From Paramecium tetraurelia (lineage: Eukaryota), in NCBI GenBank assembly GCA_000165425.1, contig CT868407.1, positions 323,204 through 387,203 of the forward strand: a stretch of 64,000 bases of DNA, given 5' to 3'. Below the pieces are notes generated by a model. The model did no database searches. It saw only the letters and a list, made by a program, of their open reading frames with translations, and was not told the DNA's origin. The translations under genes and the position numbers were made by a program. Position 1 is the first letter of the stretch, and the number at the start of each line of letters is the position of its first letter. This document shows, in pieces, positions 30,930 to 44,300 of the stretch.

Positions 30930-32777
30930 TCAAAACGAAAACCTGACCAAATTCTCCATTCTTGCCTCATAGAGTTCTTAATGTTTTGATATTTTGAGCT
31001 GCTTCAATTATTCTAAGGCAGTCTCCAGTTTAGTTATTTTTGAAATCTGAGGCACTTTAATATCAGCTCTGTGCATGACTATCAATTCCAATTTGCAGCC
31101 AAGTTGCCAATAATACTGTTTACCTGGAGATTGTTCAAAGACAGAGAATATCATGTTGGCATATGGGGTATCTCTTAAATAGAATTTAGATAGCAATTTA
31201 TTGTAGATCCTTTCATTGGCGCCGTCTCTCTTCAATTACTTATTATGCAAGCCATACACAGTTCCTGATTAGCCGTAAATGTCGTAGTCATTTAAACCAA
31301 AACTCTTGGCCAACTCCACTATTGTTCCAAATATTGTTGTATCGAAATTGCAATACAAATGAAGATAGACATTTCTTGGACTGCAATGATTACAAGTTGG
31401 ATAGGGTTCTGGAAGATAAGTGGGAGCTATTTTATCGTAGGTAGGTTGAATCCAATTCATTCTTAATTAATTCCAGTTCTCTTCCAACACCTTCTTACTT
31501 TCAGACACTTAGATAGCAGCAGCAATAGCATTTGTACTTGCAATAGCAGGAATAATCTTTCCTCCAATTTGTCTGACTTCATTGACACTCAAGTATTTCA
31601 TTTTATCTCCTTCAATCAATCTTGGATCAATGTCTTTGAATTTCTTAGTAAAATTGTATGTTCTAAGGTTGGTTGTGGCAGCAACAAATTTCACACTGTC
31701 CCAATCGTCTTTATCAAATTTGAATGAGCCCACACCAGGAGTTTGCAAAATCTTAACAAATGTCTTTACAAATAATTCTACATAATATTTAAATGGTTAA
31801 ACTAAACAAATCGATGTAATAATTACTTTTATCATCTTCCTCCTCTATTTTAGATTGATCAATTGTGGTATACACCTTGGTGTCGTTCATTCCCTCCTCA
31901 TAAGATATTGGGTATTTATGTTAATTGATTGCATTAGCCTCTTCATCTTTCACATATCCCTTGATTCCTTGCTTGATATCTTCACAAAACAACTTATTGA
32001 ATGTTCTTAATGCCAAAGATTACAATAGCTATTCGTCTGTCTTATCGCATGAATGGACTTGAGCCAAATCCAATAGCCCAGCCAAGACATTCGATTCGTC
32101 CAATGGTCCAAACAACAGATTGTACAAGGACATGCCGTAAGTAACACAATGGATTGGCTATGATGGACTTGCTCTGATAGTGCAAACGGCATATTGGGGA
32201 GCTCCTTTTGAAGGTTGACAATTGTTGCATTGATAAGAAACTATATGATTCTCGTGATTATATACATCTTTTAACCACATTAGCTTGACCACTGAACCCA
32301 CCAGTTCCTGCATCCACCAAAATTCTATTACTTTTTAAACACATCCTTCCCAAATGTTCTCTGGCTAAAGCATTGTCCAAAGCACATAATATAAAGTCAA
32401 ATTGAGTGTAAAATTCAACATCATATTTTTCTAGTCTTCACTTATTATTAATACCTTCAAATATTGATCCATGAATTGCAGTAATATCCAGATCAGGATG
32501 CTTCTTCATCACGCTCTCTTTGCCTACTAATGCCTACAATATTATTTCGTATAACCTTGCTCATGCCAACGTGTTCCTTTCGAAAATAGAATTACCTATT
32601 TAAATTGGTCGCCTCTATTGTATCTAAATCCAATATGGTCATCTTGTGATAGCCGCTGTTTGTCAACACCTTCAGCAACTCACAACCTATTCCTCCCACT
32701 CCTATTATTAGGATGTTGCTATTTCTGATTTTTTCATATGTTTCTGGACTGTAGAGTAAACTCAAGGTTTTATTCAT
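30930..32777 (-). CDS. UBA2: SUMO-activating enzyme E1 catalytic subunit (UBA2/SAE2)
   Basis: GVGGIGCELLK, DLDTIEATNLNRQF, ALDN, CNNC, catalytic VCTIRASPSQPIHC, FDKDD, IIPAIASTNA and CNHC. Confidence 0.92.
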
Positions 32778-32947
32778 TTTTTATAGAATTTAATAAAATA
32801 ATAATATCCTCACTAATTGTCAAATAACAAGTTTTAATTCCCAAAATTCTCCTACTCATTCCTCATTAAATGAATTTTTATATAAGAAATGCATATTTCG
32901 GATTATGTAATTGAGATAATCAATAATTAAAATATATTTGATCAGTT

Positions 32948-35356
32948 ATGAGCAATACATTGCAATCATATGAAAATACCTGTCATCAATATGAGAGGGA
33001 TCAGATGTAGTTTAAGAGAAGGAAGGACATGAACCTTAAGGATGAGTATTCCATTAAAGAAAAGCAAAAGGGTCTTCTTGATTTCGACGAGACAAGTTAG
33101 AAGGAAAATTAAACGTATAAAGCATTCAGTTTTAGATAGATAAATGTCATTGATGAAAAAAAACTATACGAAGTATATTGTCAAGATGCAAAATTTGAAT
33201 CTACTTAATAGTTATGATCATAATGTAAGAGTGTTGGATCTTTCAAATTCCAAAATGACTTCTTTGCATGAAGGCATCAAACAATACGCTCGCTTATCCA
33301 TCATCAATTTAGCCAACAATCTCTTTCAAGAAGTACCGACCTGTCTATTTGAACTCTATCTCTCGCATATCAATCTCAACAACAATCTATTAAAGACTCT
33401 CCAATTGGGAGATAAGTGGAAAACATCACTGGAGAGACTCGATGTCGGCAAAAATCACATTCGCATTTTACCTGACGAGTTATTTCAGATGGAACAACTA
33501 AAAATTGTAGATTTAAGAAGCAACGATTTCACCAAAATACCTAAAGCAATATTGAATTTAGAGAAGCAACTCAAAGGACTCGGTTTAGATTGGGTTAAAT
33601 ACACTAATCAGAACTACTTTGTATCCAGTATTTACTAATATTTAACTTTAAATTAGAAAAGGACATGATGATAACAGACGATCTCTAAAGATTTTGGGAT
33701 CAAGTACACCAACTACTTAAAGATAATGAAGGCATCCTCTGCCATGAATACTTGATATACAATCAAAAATACCAAGATGATCAAATTCAAGATTCAATCA
33801 CTGTACAAATCCCCAAACAGTCCAACATTGTGAGAGCTACTTAGAGAAATACTGAATTAACCCTCTAAGAATTGACTAGCAGTTGCCAATTCATACACAC
33901 AAAAACCTTAGGGCAAGATGCTGATGTGTCTGATTGCGGATCTAATCTAATGCATATGGCAGTTGAAAATGAAGACATCGGTATTGTGAGAGCTCTTCTT
34001 AATATAAGATTTGAACTATCCTCATTATTAGATGATGCTTCTCACACTCCACTTTCATTGGCAATCAAAGAGGAAAAGTATCATTGTGCCAAAATCATCA
34101 TAAATGCATCAGCTAATCTAAATATAGGAGGGTAATTCATCTCATTTATTTTTAAAGGGGAGAATACAATAGTGTTCTTAATTAGGCTGTGAGTAAAACA
34201 TAATATTACCTAATCAAGGACATCTTAAATGCCAAAGTCTAAATTAACAAGTAAGATAAAAAAGGTAATGGTCCTTTGCATAACTTGATTCCCTCCTTTA
34301 AAAAGAATCTTTAAGAGGCTACAAGAATTGGACATCTCTTAATAGAAAGGGGTGCTGATCCTAATTTAAAGAATATCAATAATAATACACCTCTTCATCT
34401 AGCTATCAAGAAATCCTCTTATTCGGCATTAAGATTTGCAATTTCTATAAATGAATAATACTAACGAGATGTGTTTTCATTCAAATTGCTGGGTCACAAA
34501 GGCAATTCAGGTATCAATTTATATCTAATTAGTGATGCATTTTGCTGCCAAAAGCGAAAATATTAAAATTATCCTGTAACTTTATTCCATCAACCCTTAC
34601 TTGTTATTCACTTATAATGAGGATCAAAAACGCCCTTTTGATATCATCCAAAAGAACTTCACTCTGAGCAAACTCATTTCAGTTTTAGAACTTATCTATA
34701 TTAAAAATAACATTCTTAAATAACACTTGAAAGCAAATAGCTCATTTAATGGATAGCAAATCAAAGAGGAACAGACTTCATAAGTTAAGTAGAAGGAAAA
34801 GGAAATCTAATTTTCAAAGAAAAATAGTTTTGATTTAGTTGAATCAGACGAGGAAGGTACGAACAGAATCGGATTGAATAATTTTCAAATCTTACCTAAT
34901 TTAAAAAGACAACAGTCACAACCACCTAGAAGACCAACAATCAAGAAGGAGAACAAGGTATCTTGTGAGAATGCAGGACCCATTTTTATTCATAAATCTA
35001 TCCAATAGGATAGAAATGATATTAAGTAAATAGAATTGTAAAATCAGCAAAACAATAGCAAATTCAAAGAAAATAAAAATATCAATAAATAGATCCATAG
35101 GTTATTGAAGGATATAGAGAATATTCAAGCTTTAATGTAGACTGAAAAGGATTAGTACTCTTAAATTGCTTTAGAGAAACTGTTTATTTCTTTAATTCAA
35201 TAATTAAATTATTATAAAGAGGATCCTCTCACAAACTTAATGATCAAAAATGCTACTTAATTACAGAAGATAGAGTTTGAATGTAGACAAACAACAACCC
35301 TTTCTTATGATACTTCTCCGTTATTCTTAGAATATGAATAATTTATGAAGCTATGA
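32948..35356 (+). CDS. Leucine-rich repeat plus ankyrin repeat protein
   Basis: LRRs (VLDLSNSKM, INLANNLF, LDVGKNHI, VDLRSNDF) then ankyrin repeats (HTPLSLAI, NGPLHNL, NTPLHLAI); TGA 35354-35356. Confidence 0.85.
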
Positions 35357-35379
35357 GTAATATATTAAATAAAAAATAT

Positions 35380-35907
35380 TCACTTTTTATGATAGACTTT
35401 GATTGGTTGAAGAGGGGTTTCTCTGCGACTTCTCGAGAGTTCAAATGAGTAAAAAGAAGCATTGTCTTACGTCAAATCAAACTCAATCATATTATTAAGG
35501 TTATGATTGATTTTCTTTTATTTAAGAGTATTGTTCAAATAAGATTCTATACTAAATTGCATTTTCTTGTTAATCTCTTAAGAGGTCAAAAGTAAGCTCT
35601 TGTTTATATCCTTTAAATCTTCATTCCCTGATAGTTCTAACTCCTTCATAATACTTTCACTTGAATCTCTAATTCGAAATTGTTATTTAACAACCGGACT
35701 TTATTATTGCGATCTTTATATTCTTGGGGTGACAATGCTATTTTTTTTTTTTTATTTGTTATCATTAATTCTAGACTGAGGAGAACAATTAGGTAATTTT
35801 AGATGAGTATTCCGAGGAGTAGTCTTTGATTAAGTTTAATTGCGAGATGCATAAATTAAATAAATCTATCTCTATTTAGGTTTGCTGAACAAGGTTGAAT
35901 TGATCAT
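35380..35907 (-). CDS. Hypothetical low-complexity protein, 175 aa
   Basis: ATG 35907 to TGA 35380 in frame through an A13 run; no intron. Confidence 0.65.
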
Positions 35908-35933
35908 TTAATTATTAGGAATTTATTAATATA

Positions 35934-36745
35934 ATGCTTAGTGAATAGATAGTCAATCCTGAACCTGGGATAGCCACTGAATTCGAGAATAAACTAGTTT
36001 GTCATATATGCGATGATGAGCTCGAACGTCCAAATCACTGGTATGACTAATTTATTAGATTAGTGATTTTTGTGGTAAATCCACTTGTTCCAATTGTATA
36101 GTGAAGAGACGAAAATCTAAAGATGATGCTTTTCATCCAGTTTGTGAATATTGTGAACGTCTCTTCCTTGAACGCATCCTCATATTAAGTGCCAAAAAGT
36201 AAAAGGATGATTTGGCAAATTCTTTGGATTAAGCAAATACTGAATTGGCAAATAAAAGACAACAACTTTATTCATTTAAGAATGTGTTTCACAATAATCC
36301 AGAATCAACAACTTCAGAGCAGAAGATTCAAAAGCTAGATGAGGATATCATTGAAGCCACATATCAAAAAAATTTATTATTATCCCAGCTGCAAGAAATA
36401 GAATCTGAGAAGATATAAATTAAATAATCCAATATAGAAAAAGCCCAAAGTGTAGATATTAAATAGGTGAAATTACAGGAAACAACCAATAAAGCATAAA
36501 AATCCAAAGATGAATTAGAAGACATCTAAAGATAGATTGATGAGTTCTTGGCGAACTTACCAAATTTAGAAGCAGAATAAAAGTCAGCTATTACTTAGTT
36601 GGACTTCTCCAATTACGAATAAATCTTTAGAGGCAGTAACTTACCTGAATTAATGAATTAATAAGCCATCAAATAGAGCTAAATCATGTAATAGCCTAGT
36701 AGCAAGAAAAAAAAAGAGGACAACAAGGAGTGCAATATCTATTGA
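35934..36745 (+). CDS. FYVE-like zinc-finger coiled-coil protein with polybasic CaaX-like end
   Basis: CHIC...NHCDFCGKSTCSNC...VCEYC; one 23-nt intron; ends KKKKEDNKECNIY-stop. Confidence 0.8.
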
Positions 36746-36928
36746 TTCATCTCAAATAATTGATGTATAAATTGTCCCATTTTGTAATTATAATTAAACT
36801 CTTTAATAATCGATCATGTTGACTCTATTTATTATAAAAATATATTGATTCAAAAAATGTTTGTGATTGTTATCAGAATAACCTAATTATCACTAATCTG
36901 TATTATTAAACATAATTATATTATATTA

Positions 36929-39900
36929 TCAATTCATTTTAATCCATTTTGCTAAAATAAAGAGGAGGGCATCAATCATTATGGGTTTTGACAAATAATC
37001 ATGAAAAGGAAGCTTTCTTGACAAGGCTCTATTCTCTTCATCCACACAGCCAATCAACCCTATGATTCTGGGTTCAACCTTGAACTCTGCATAGACATCT
37101 TTTATAGAATTGAACATTGCATATAGTTCCTCTTCAAATTACTCAATTCCAATGAATAAAAGTTATAATCCTTTACAACAAGGCTAATTTTCATTGTTTT
37201 TCAGCTATTAATTATCATTATTAATCTTTAATTAATGATCTTCACCATTCTACTTTTATTAATTACTATTTTACTATTATTACAAATCACTATTTAATAA
37301 TTTAACAAGAGCGCTCACAATTTGAGATTTCTGAGTTACATACTCATATGTAATCCCTATATTTGTTAATTAATGCGATAAAGCGTAAAGATCAAGATCG
37401 ACACTCTCACATATCAATATCTTAGTACACTAACTATTAAAATAAGAATACTCTACAATTGGATTTATTTTTTTATGATTTAATTTTTTCCATTTTCTCA
37501 AAGCAATCTAATAAATCATTGGGTTACATGGTTCCACTAGTAAAACATAACGAAGAATATATCGAGGATCTGCCTTGTCCTAGTCCTCCAAATGTGAGTT
37601 GTTGGGATGGCTGAGAACTCATGCCCTCAGGTTTCTATTAGGTTTCATTGACATAATCGAAGAAATAAGGCTTTATTTTTAGCATTTGCTCCACTCTATT
37701 TGAGATGCCATTTTTGGACTCAATTGAAACTTCATCATCCTATTATTCAGAGGGACTTTCATCAGATTCATTTGATTGTTCTTGGATTTCCTTTTACTTT
37801 TCCTTAGGTTCTGGGCCTTGAGTTTGGATAACATTGATATTAAATTTTTGTCTGGCTTCTTTGAGGTCTAATTTGATATTCGAATCCTCTGGTTATAAAC
37901 TAGACATTTAAGATTAATATCTCTTTAAGCCTTCTTTATTCTGGTATTATTGATAAAAACTTTATTAATTTGAAAATTCTGACAATCTTTTCTTATTCAA
38001 ATTTTAATTAAATTATGGATATAAATTATTGATTTTAATGACAAAACCAAACTCTTCTTTATTACCCACACGTTCATAATTGTATTCGAATGGAATTTGA
38101 GACAGGCATTTCGTTAAATAAAATGAAATCAAAATTGATTGTGAATACTGCCGAAGATTCCCAAGATCCAATATCTTAGACTTCAAAGTTTATGACTTAA
38201 AGAATCTAACTGTTCTCTCTATTATTTTAAGAATGGAGAAATTAGTTTCATTAGCCTTCACCTTTACAACAAAGTCAATATGTTCATTGAGAATTTGACT
38301 CTTGGAAACACAAAATATTATGGATCCTCTGACAGTAGCTTAAATAGATGTAACTAATAAATTAAGTAGGATTTATCTCAATCTATTGGGATCAGTTCTT
38401 ATAAACTATGGAACATTCTATTTAATATTAACAGATATTTTTAATCCTCTGAAAATTGCTTAAGATTTTACTACATTGATGATATCAGTCAAGAACTCCT
38501 ATATCTGAACGTCCATCTAGACCAAGTCCAACTTATCCTTCTTTTGTAACTAGGCATAATCAAGGATGTCATTAGCAGTGTTAATTAATAGTTTACAGCC
38601 AGCAAGTGCTGGACTTATATATTTCTCAGTTATTTCTTACGGAGTTGTATTCTTATGTAATAATAAGGAATAGTGTTACCATTATAATTTCAAGCATAGA
38701 TATGGTACAATTAAGAGGCTACTTAATCTTTTAGGAAATGTCACTAATCAAAAAATCATTGTTTTTTGTAGTATTCAATAGTTAAGTGATGTAGGGATCC
38801 TCGGTGATGTCGGATACAAAAATCAAAATTTAAGGTTTAAGTTTATAGATTATTGGCGACAAAACAATCTGCATATAGCAAGTATCGAATTTGATATATA
38901 TTTTAAGGGAAAAGTCAATAGGGGAGCGCTTGTTAACGAATTTCAGATGATTGAAAGCAATAAGATTATCAAAGAATGCTTTAAAGGATATTTTTTTGGT
39001 TAGTAGTTATAGTCGTTTGATTTGAGTAGGATCGTTTTCGATATTATTCTCCAAAGTAGATGGAACTCAACAATATAAACTTATACAATACTCTAAAGTT
39101 TCAGTGAATTTGAGGAACTGTGCAATATCCTGACTTCTATGAAATTTTGGCAATAACAAACAGGGTTCATCAATAAGCAATCCGAAATCATACAATTCAG
39201 TCTCAAGAAACGAAGGGCTCAGGTAATCTTCCCTCATAATTATATTGGACAACTATGGATTTATTACCTGCACACTTTTAGTCAGACTATCAATAAGATA
39301 GATTCCGAATTCCGCAGAGGACAGTATGGCTTCGTTTATTTGATCCTATTGAACTGATTCAGTTTATTGATCATCCTATTTCTATTCATGTGGTATTTGT
39401 GATATATTGCGATTTTCAGGGATATCTATATACAATTGATGAAGAGTCCTGTTGGGATGGGACAATCTTTGGGAATTCAATTAAGTGTAACTCACTTTAC
39501 TGTTCAAACCCAAGGTTACCAATTAGGAATTTAGATTGTTCTTAATATTCTTTTTGTTGACAATCAATATTAGGAATTATAGAAAGAGATGGATCACAAT
39601 TAACTTAGAGCCGAATATGATATTCATTTTGGAATCAAACTCAAAGTTCCTGAACAAAGAGTAAATCAGATTGAAGATGATTGCTAATGTCTAACATACT
39701 TACGATTCTATTGCAAAAACAAAGCATGCTAGAATTAGGAACTTGTCCAGTATTCTTGATATTAATTATTATTTTGCATAATAATCGAGCTCTTCCCAAC
39801 AAATGACTAAGCATAGAAATTTTAAGAGAGTCATGAGATTTATAAATCCATTTTTTGTTTTGATCATTTTAATCAATGACACTTCAAAGAGCGCTATCAA

Positions 39901-40117
39901 AAATATTTGGGTCTATAATGGTAATCAATATTACCAATATTCTATATATCAAAATGTATTTGTCTCCTTCAATTTCCAAGGTTATGGCATCTCCTGTCAC
40001 TATAATAATGTCGCATATTTGATAGACAGATATCAGCACCATTAACATCCTCCACTGATCTTTGTTCTTCAAATGTTCTTAATGAATCACAAAATATTCT
40101 TTAAATTTATATAACAT
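36929..40117 (-). CDS. Membrane hybrid histidine-kinase-like protein (TM, PAS-like, HisKA, HATPase, receiver), catalytically degenerate
   Basis: N-terminal hydrophobic helices, VSDIT PAS end, ISQKIKQPLN H-box, NDILDYAQL, TDPNRLRQILLNLL, receiver ending DYLSKPI. Confidence 0.85.
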
Positions 40118-40178
40118 AAATTAATAATAATTCAATTCCTTTACTTTTGGTAATCTCAACCTTTAATATTTATATAAT

Positions 40179-41287
40179 ATGGCAAATAAGTATAAAGTAT
40201 GTGTACTCGGATCTGGAGCATTTGGAACCGCTATGGCTCATTGTGCTATCAACAATCCATACATTGGACGAGTTCAAATCTATGCAAGGAACCAAGCCAT
40301 TGTAGAGTCCATCAATCAAGAACACAGGAATCCCAAGTTTCTCAGTAACTTCACCTTGCATCCTGATATCACTGCCACTACCGACCTTTAACAAGCCCTC
40401 TACCGTATGTCTCTCCAACTACTACTCAAGAGGCCAATTATGTGCTTAGTTGCATTCCAACCCAGGAGCTCCACCAATTCGTTTAGGCCAACAAACAGTA
40501 CATAGACACCAAGGTTCCCTTCGTCTCCTGTTCTAAGGGCATAATCTTAAAGTCTGGAAAACTGATCTCCCAAATGTTGAGTGAAGAATTCGATGGCAAA
40601 TTAAGATATGCCTGTCTGAGTGGTCCCTCCTTTGCTGCAGAGCTTATGTAAAATAGTAAACCCTTTTTCTCATGATTTAGACCCATCATGTGTTGTAGTA
40701 GCTAGTCAAGATGTTAAGACTTCTAAATTAGTCTAATTAGGATTGTCAGGAAATTTCTTAAGAATCTTCTCTTAAAGTGACGTTGTGGGTGTTGAATTAG
40801 CAGGAGCGTTGAAGAATTTGGTGGCTATAGGCACAGGCGTATTAGATGGTGCTGGATTTGGAATCAACACCTAAACAGCCTACGTTACTAGGAGTGTTGG
40901 AGAAATGCAGAGATTTGCTAGAATTTATGGGGCCTCAAAACATACTTTTTATGGTCTGGCTGGATTTGGGGATCTTATGTTGACAAGTTAGAATCATTCT
41001 TATTTGCAGGTTTTGGATCTTTAAGCAGAAATAGAGCATTTGGCATTAAAGTAGGAAAAGGAGAAAAAGTCGAAGATATCTTAAGTGAGTCAAAAGGAGT
41101 GGTCGAAGGATGGCCTACTTTAGAACTGGTGTATAAACAAGCTCAAGAAAATAACATTGAAATGCCTATGACACTCATTTTGCATGACTTTATTAAAAGA
41201 AAATATTCTAAAGAGTAGAGTATCCAAATGTTGATGAATAGAGCATTTTAAGATGAATTTGAACCAACATTTGAGGATTTATTATGA
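40179..41287 (+). CDS. gpsA: NAD(P)H-dependent glycerol-3-phosphate dehydrogenase, GpsA/SFD1 type
   Basis: [49 protein letters not shown] and VVEG; three tiny introns. Confidence 0.93.
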
Positions 41288-41311
41288 TTATCATTACATT
41301 AATGCCCAAAA

Positions 41312-44300
41312 TCAGTTATTTTCATTCTTATTTTGTTTCATCAATCTTAATTAGTTAACTGCATCACTTGGTAGAGATTGTTATAGCTATTGTAAAGCAC
41401 TCACTCTTCTTGGCAACGACTCATGCATATTAGTCTAATTAGTAATTGGCTATTGTAGTTTCTTCTGCTAATCCAATTTATTCCGTTATTCTTCTTTGAT
41501 TTTCATTTAATATATCTTTTCAATTTATTGTTTGGACTAAATTATAATATGAATTGATATACCTTTAAACAATTATTCCAAACTTATTGAATCGATTAGA
41601 AGAAGACATCACTTTGCAAAGTTTTTGGATTCTCACAATAAAATACACAAAGTTCAGAATATAATTATTCACATGTTGATTAAAGTTAAGATAAATCTGT
41701 TATCTCCAATAAGAGTTATTATGAGAAATCTTCTAATCTACTCACTCTATCATTAGGGAACTTCGATTAACTCTTTATTGCATTCTACACAAACTTTTAC
41801 AATTTCTTTATCTCATTTATATCAATTGTCATCTATGACACTGGTAATCTACACATAAAGTCTAGAAGATCCATACGATCATTTGAGAAAAAGGATCCCT
41901 TTCCTTGCTTTTCATAAATTTGTTCACATTCTTACACAATACTCATCAATAATGTCTCTTTTCCATCCACACTCTTTATATCGGCTGCCTTTGATATAGC
42001 GTCGATTTTAAATCCAAAGGCTCCTCCTCTTGCAGAATCACCATTTACATAATTACCGATAGCTAAAGTGCATTTTATTAATAATTTAAATGCTTCATCA
42101 TTTTTTTAAAATTCAAATCCTTTCTATAATTACTTTAATTTTCCTCTGCATTCCTTACACATATCCATTCCCACAAACTCCGCCTTAATAGCTTAAATTC
42201 TATCTCCCTAAGCAGGAACTTAACATAATTCTAAGTAAAATAAATCTGCTATTTATAAGGTCTCTTTATCTAATTCCTCTGGATTCTAATACAAAGACTT
42301 TTCTTAATCCGTTGGAACCACATTTAATAAAGATTCTATCACATTTAGATTTAAAACTGACTTATCACACTCAAGCAATGCATTCTTTATTTTTTCATTA
42401 CTCATTTTTAATTTACCCAATATGAGCTCTATGTTCTTAGTTCTTTCTCCACTCAGTAATGTGATTTTATACACTTCCTTCTTTTTGTCACTCACGCCTA
42501 TACTTTATTAAATTTGCTTAGCTGGTTTTGAGGCAAATTTCTCTTCTAAAGATTTAACATCAAACTTGATTTCATTTTCATTCATCCCTTAAAATACTGA
42601 ATTCCCAATCTAATCTGGCTTTAAAATATTCCAACTTAAGCCTTTAAGTGGAACTGAAGGTTAGCATTTAGGTTTTGTTGGTACAGCAGGTTTAGCATTT
42701 GGTAATGGAGGAGCCTTGCCGCCTGGAGGAGGTGGTGGAGGAGGAGGACCACCAGCTTTAGCTCCAGGAGGAGGTGGTGGTGGTGGAGGAGGAGGTGCTC
42801 CAGTCTTTGCTCCAGGAGGAGGAGGTGGCGGTGGTGGAGGAGGTGGTGCATTTGTCTTTGCTCCAGGAGGAGGCGGTGGAGCTGGAACTTAAGATTATAA
42901 TGAAGGAGGAGGAGGTGGTGGCGGAGCATTTTAAGAAACTGTTTAAACCTAAGCTATATTTTCTGAAGGGTTTGGTGGAGGCTCTTAACCTCCATCAGGG
43001 GCTTAGATTTTGCATAACTAGGGTTGAGTATGAGTTGTTTTTAATCGATTAATTTCATTAGCATACTCTTCTAATTTTGCTTCTAATTCTGATACTTATT
43101 ATGCTTTTGTCATAACCTTTTAGGCTTCTATTAATTAACTACTCACATCTGAATATTTATTTTTGAGTTCAATGTATTACGAACTTTAATCTTGCAATCT
43201 TTTGTTTTCTTCAATTAGTTGGTTTAGTTTTTCATTAAGGTTTTTGAAATCCTTTTAATTATCCTAGTTACTTTTTTGTTTGATTTCCAATTGGAGATAG
43301 GTCTACAATATAAACAGAGATTACAATTTATTATTTATATCCATCTTCTCTTTCTTTCCTCATCTAGTCTCTTTTCTTTTGATCTGCCATAATTTGATCG
43401 AACTTTTTGGTTAACAGATCAATCAGCCTTGAAAGGATAGTAACTCCTGATGATTCATCATTTAATTTAACTAGTAACTCCTAGATTTCTAGTAATGAAT
43501 TAGATTTTTTGATGGCATTCAAAATGATTTATTAATTTGTTGTTTCATTTCCTCTACTCTGCCATAATCCTTTCAAAGCACCCACTAAACCTTCTTCGCT
43601 GCCTTTTTTTGTTATCGTTGATACAAACAAGGGATTCTACCTTTCTAGAATGGTTTTATTTGGATTAAAGCCTGGTTGGATTAAAGAATCATAAACGTCT
43701 AATTACACTTAGAGTTAATTCTTTTGAATTTCAAAATAGTCTGGATCTGTATTAAAAATTTCATCGAAATATCCATAAGCAAATATCAATGGTTTGCTAG
43801 GATCAAAATCGTAAAGATTATTGAAATAGAAGTTATCCACTTGAGAATAATGTGGTAAGTACTTTTATTCGTGCAGGAATTGCATAGCATGTTAGTAAGA
43901 ACAATGAGCTATCTGATACTCTTAGTTTTTCAGTTTCAGTTTGATGTCATCATAAATAACTGTTAAACCATATTGTTCTATTTATTATTTAATTAGTTCA
44001 CACATTTCGTCATCTGAATGAGTTTCTGCCAAAGCATTGATAAAGGTGCAAGCATCCCTTATAAGATATACATTTTGTTAAACTTCCATGATTTTAAATA
44101 TGGGTTCGGTAGCGAATCTCCATTTGGCTTCCTCCTTGAGATCTTTTAGAATTTCTATTATATTTTCAATGCATTTGTCTTGATTCACACAAATATCTGC
44201 TAATATCTGTAATATTAATGAGACATTTAAAGCATTATAAGGATTCAAATGCCTGAACAACCAGGATATGTGTTATGATTCCAAAATAATTGAAGGTAGT

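Noticed and set aside
42720..42930. GC-rich repeat as a CRISPR array, mobile element or foreign DNA
   Set aside because: It is the in-frame FH1 domain, with no unique spacers or terminal repeats.
42636..43052. Leu/His-rich and Val/Glu-rich ORFs
   Set aside because: Alternative frames and the antisense strand of the formin poly-Pro repeat.
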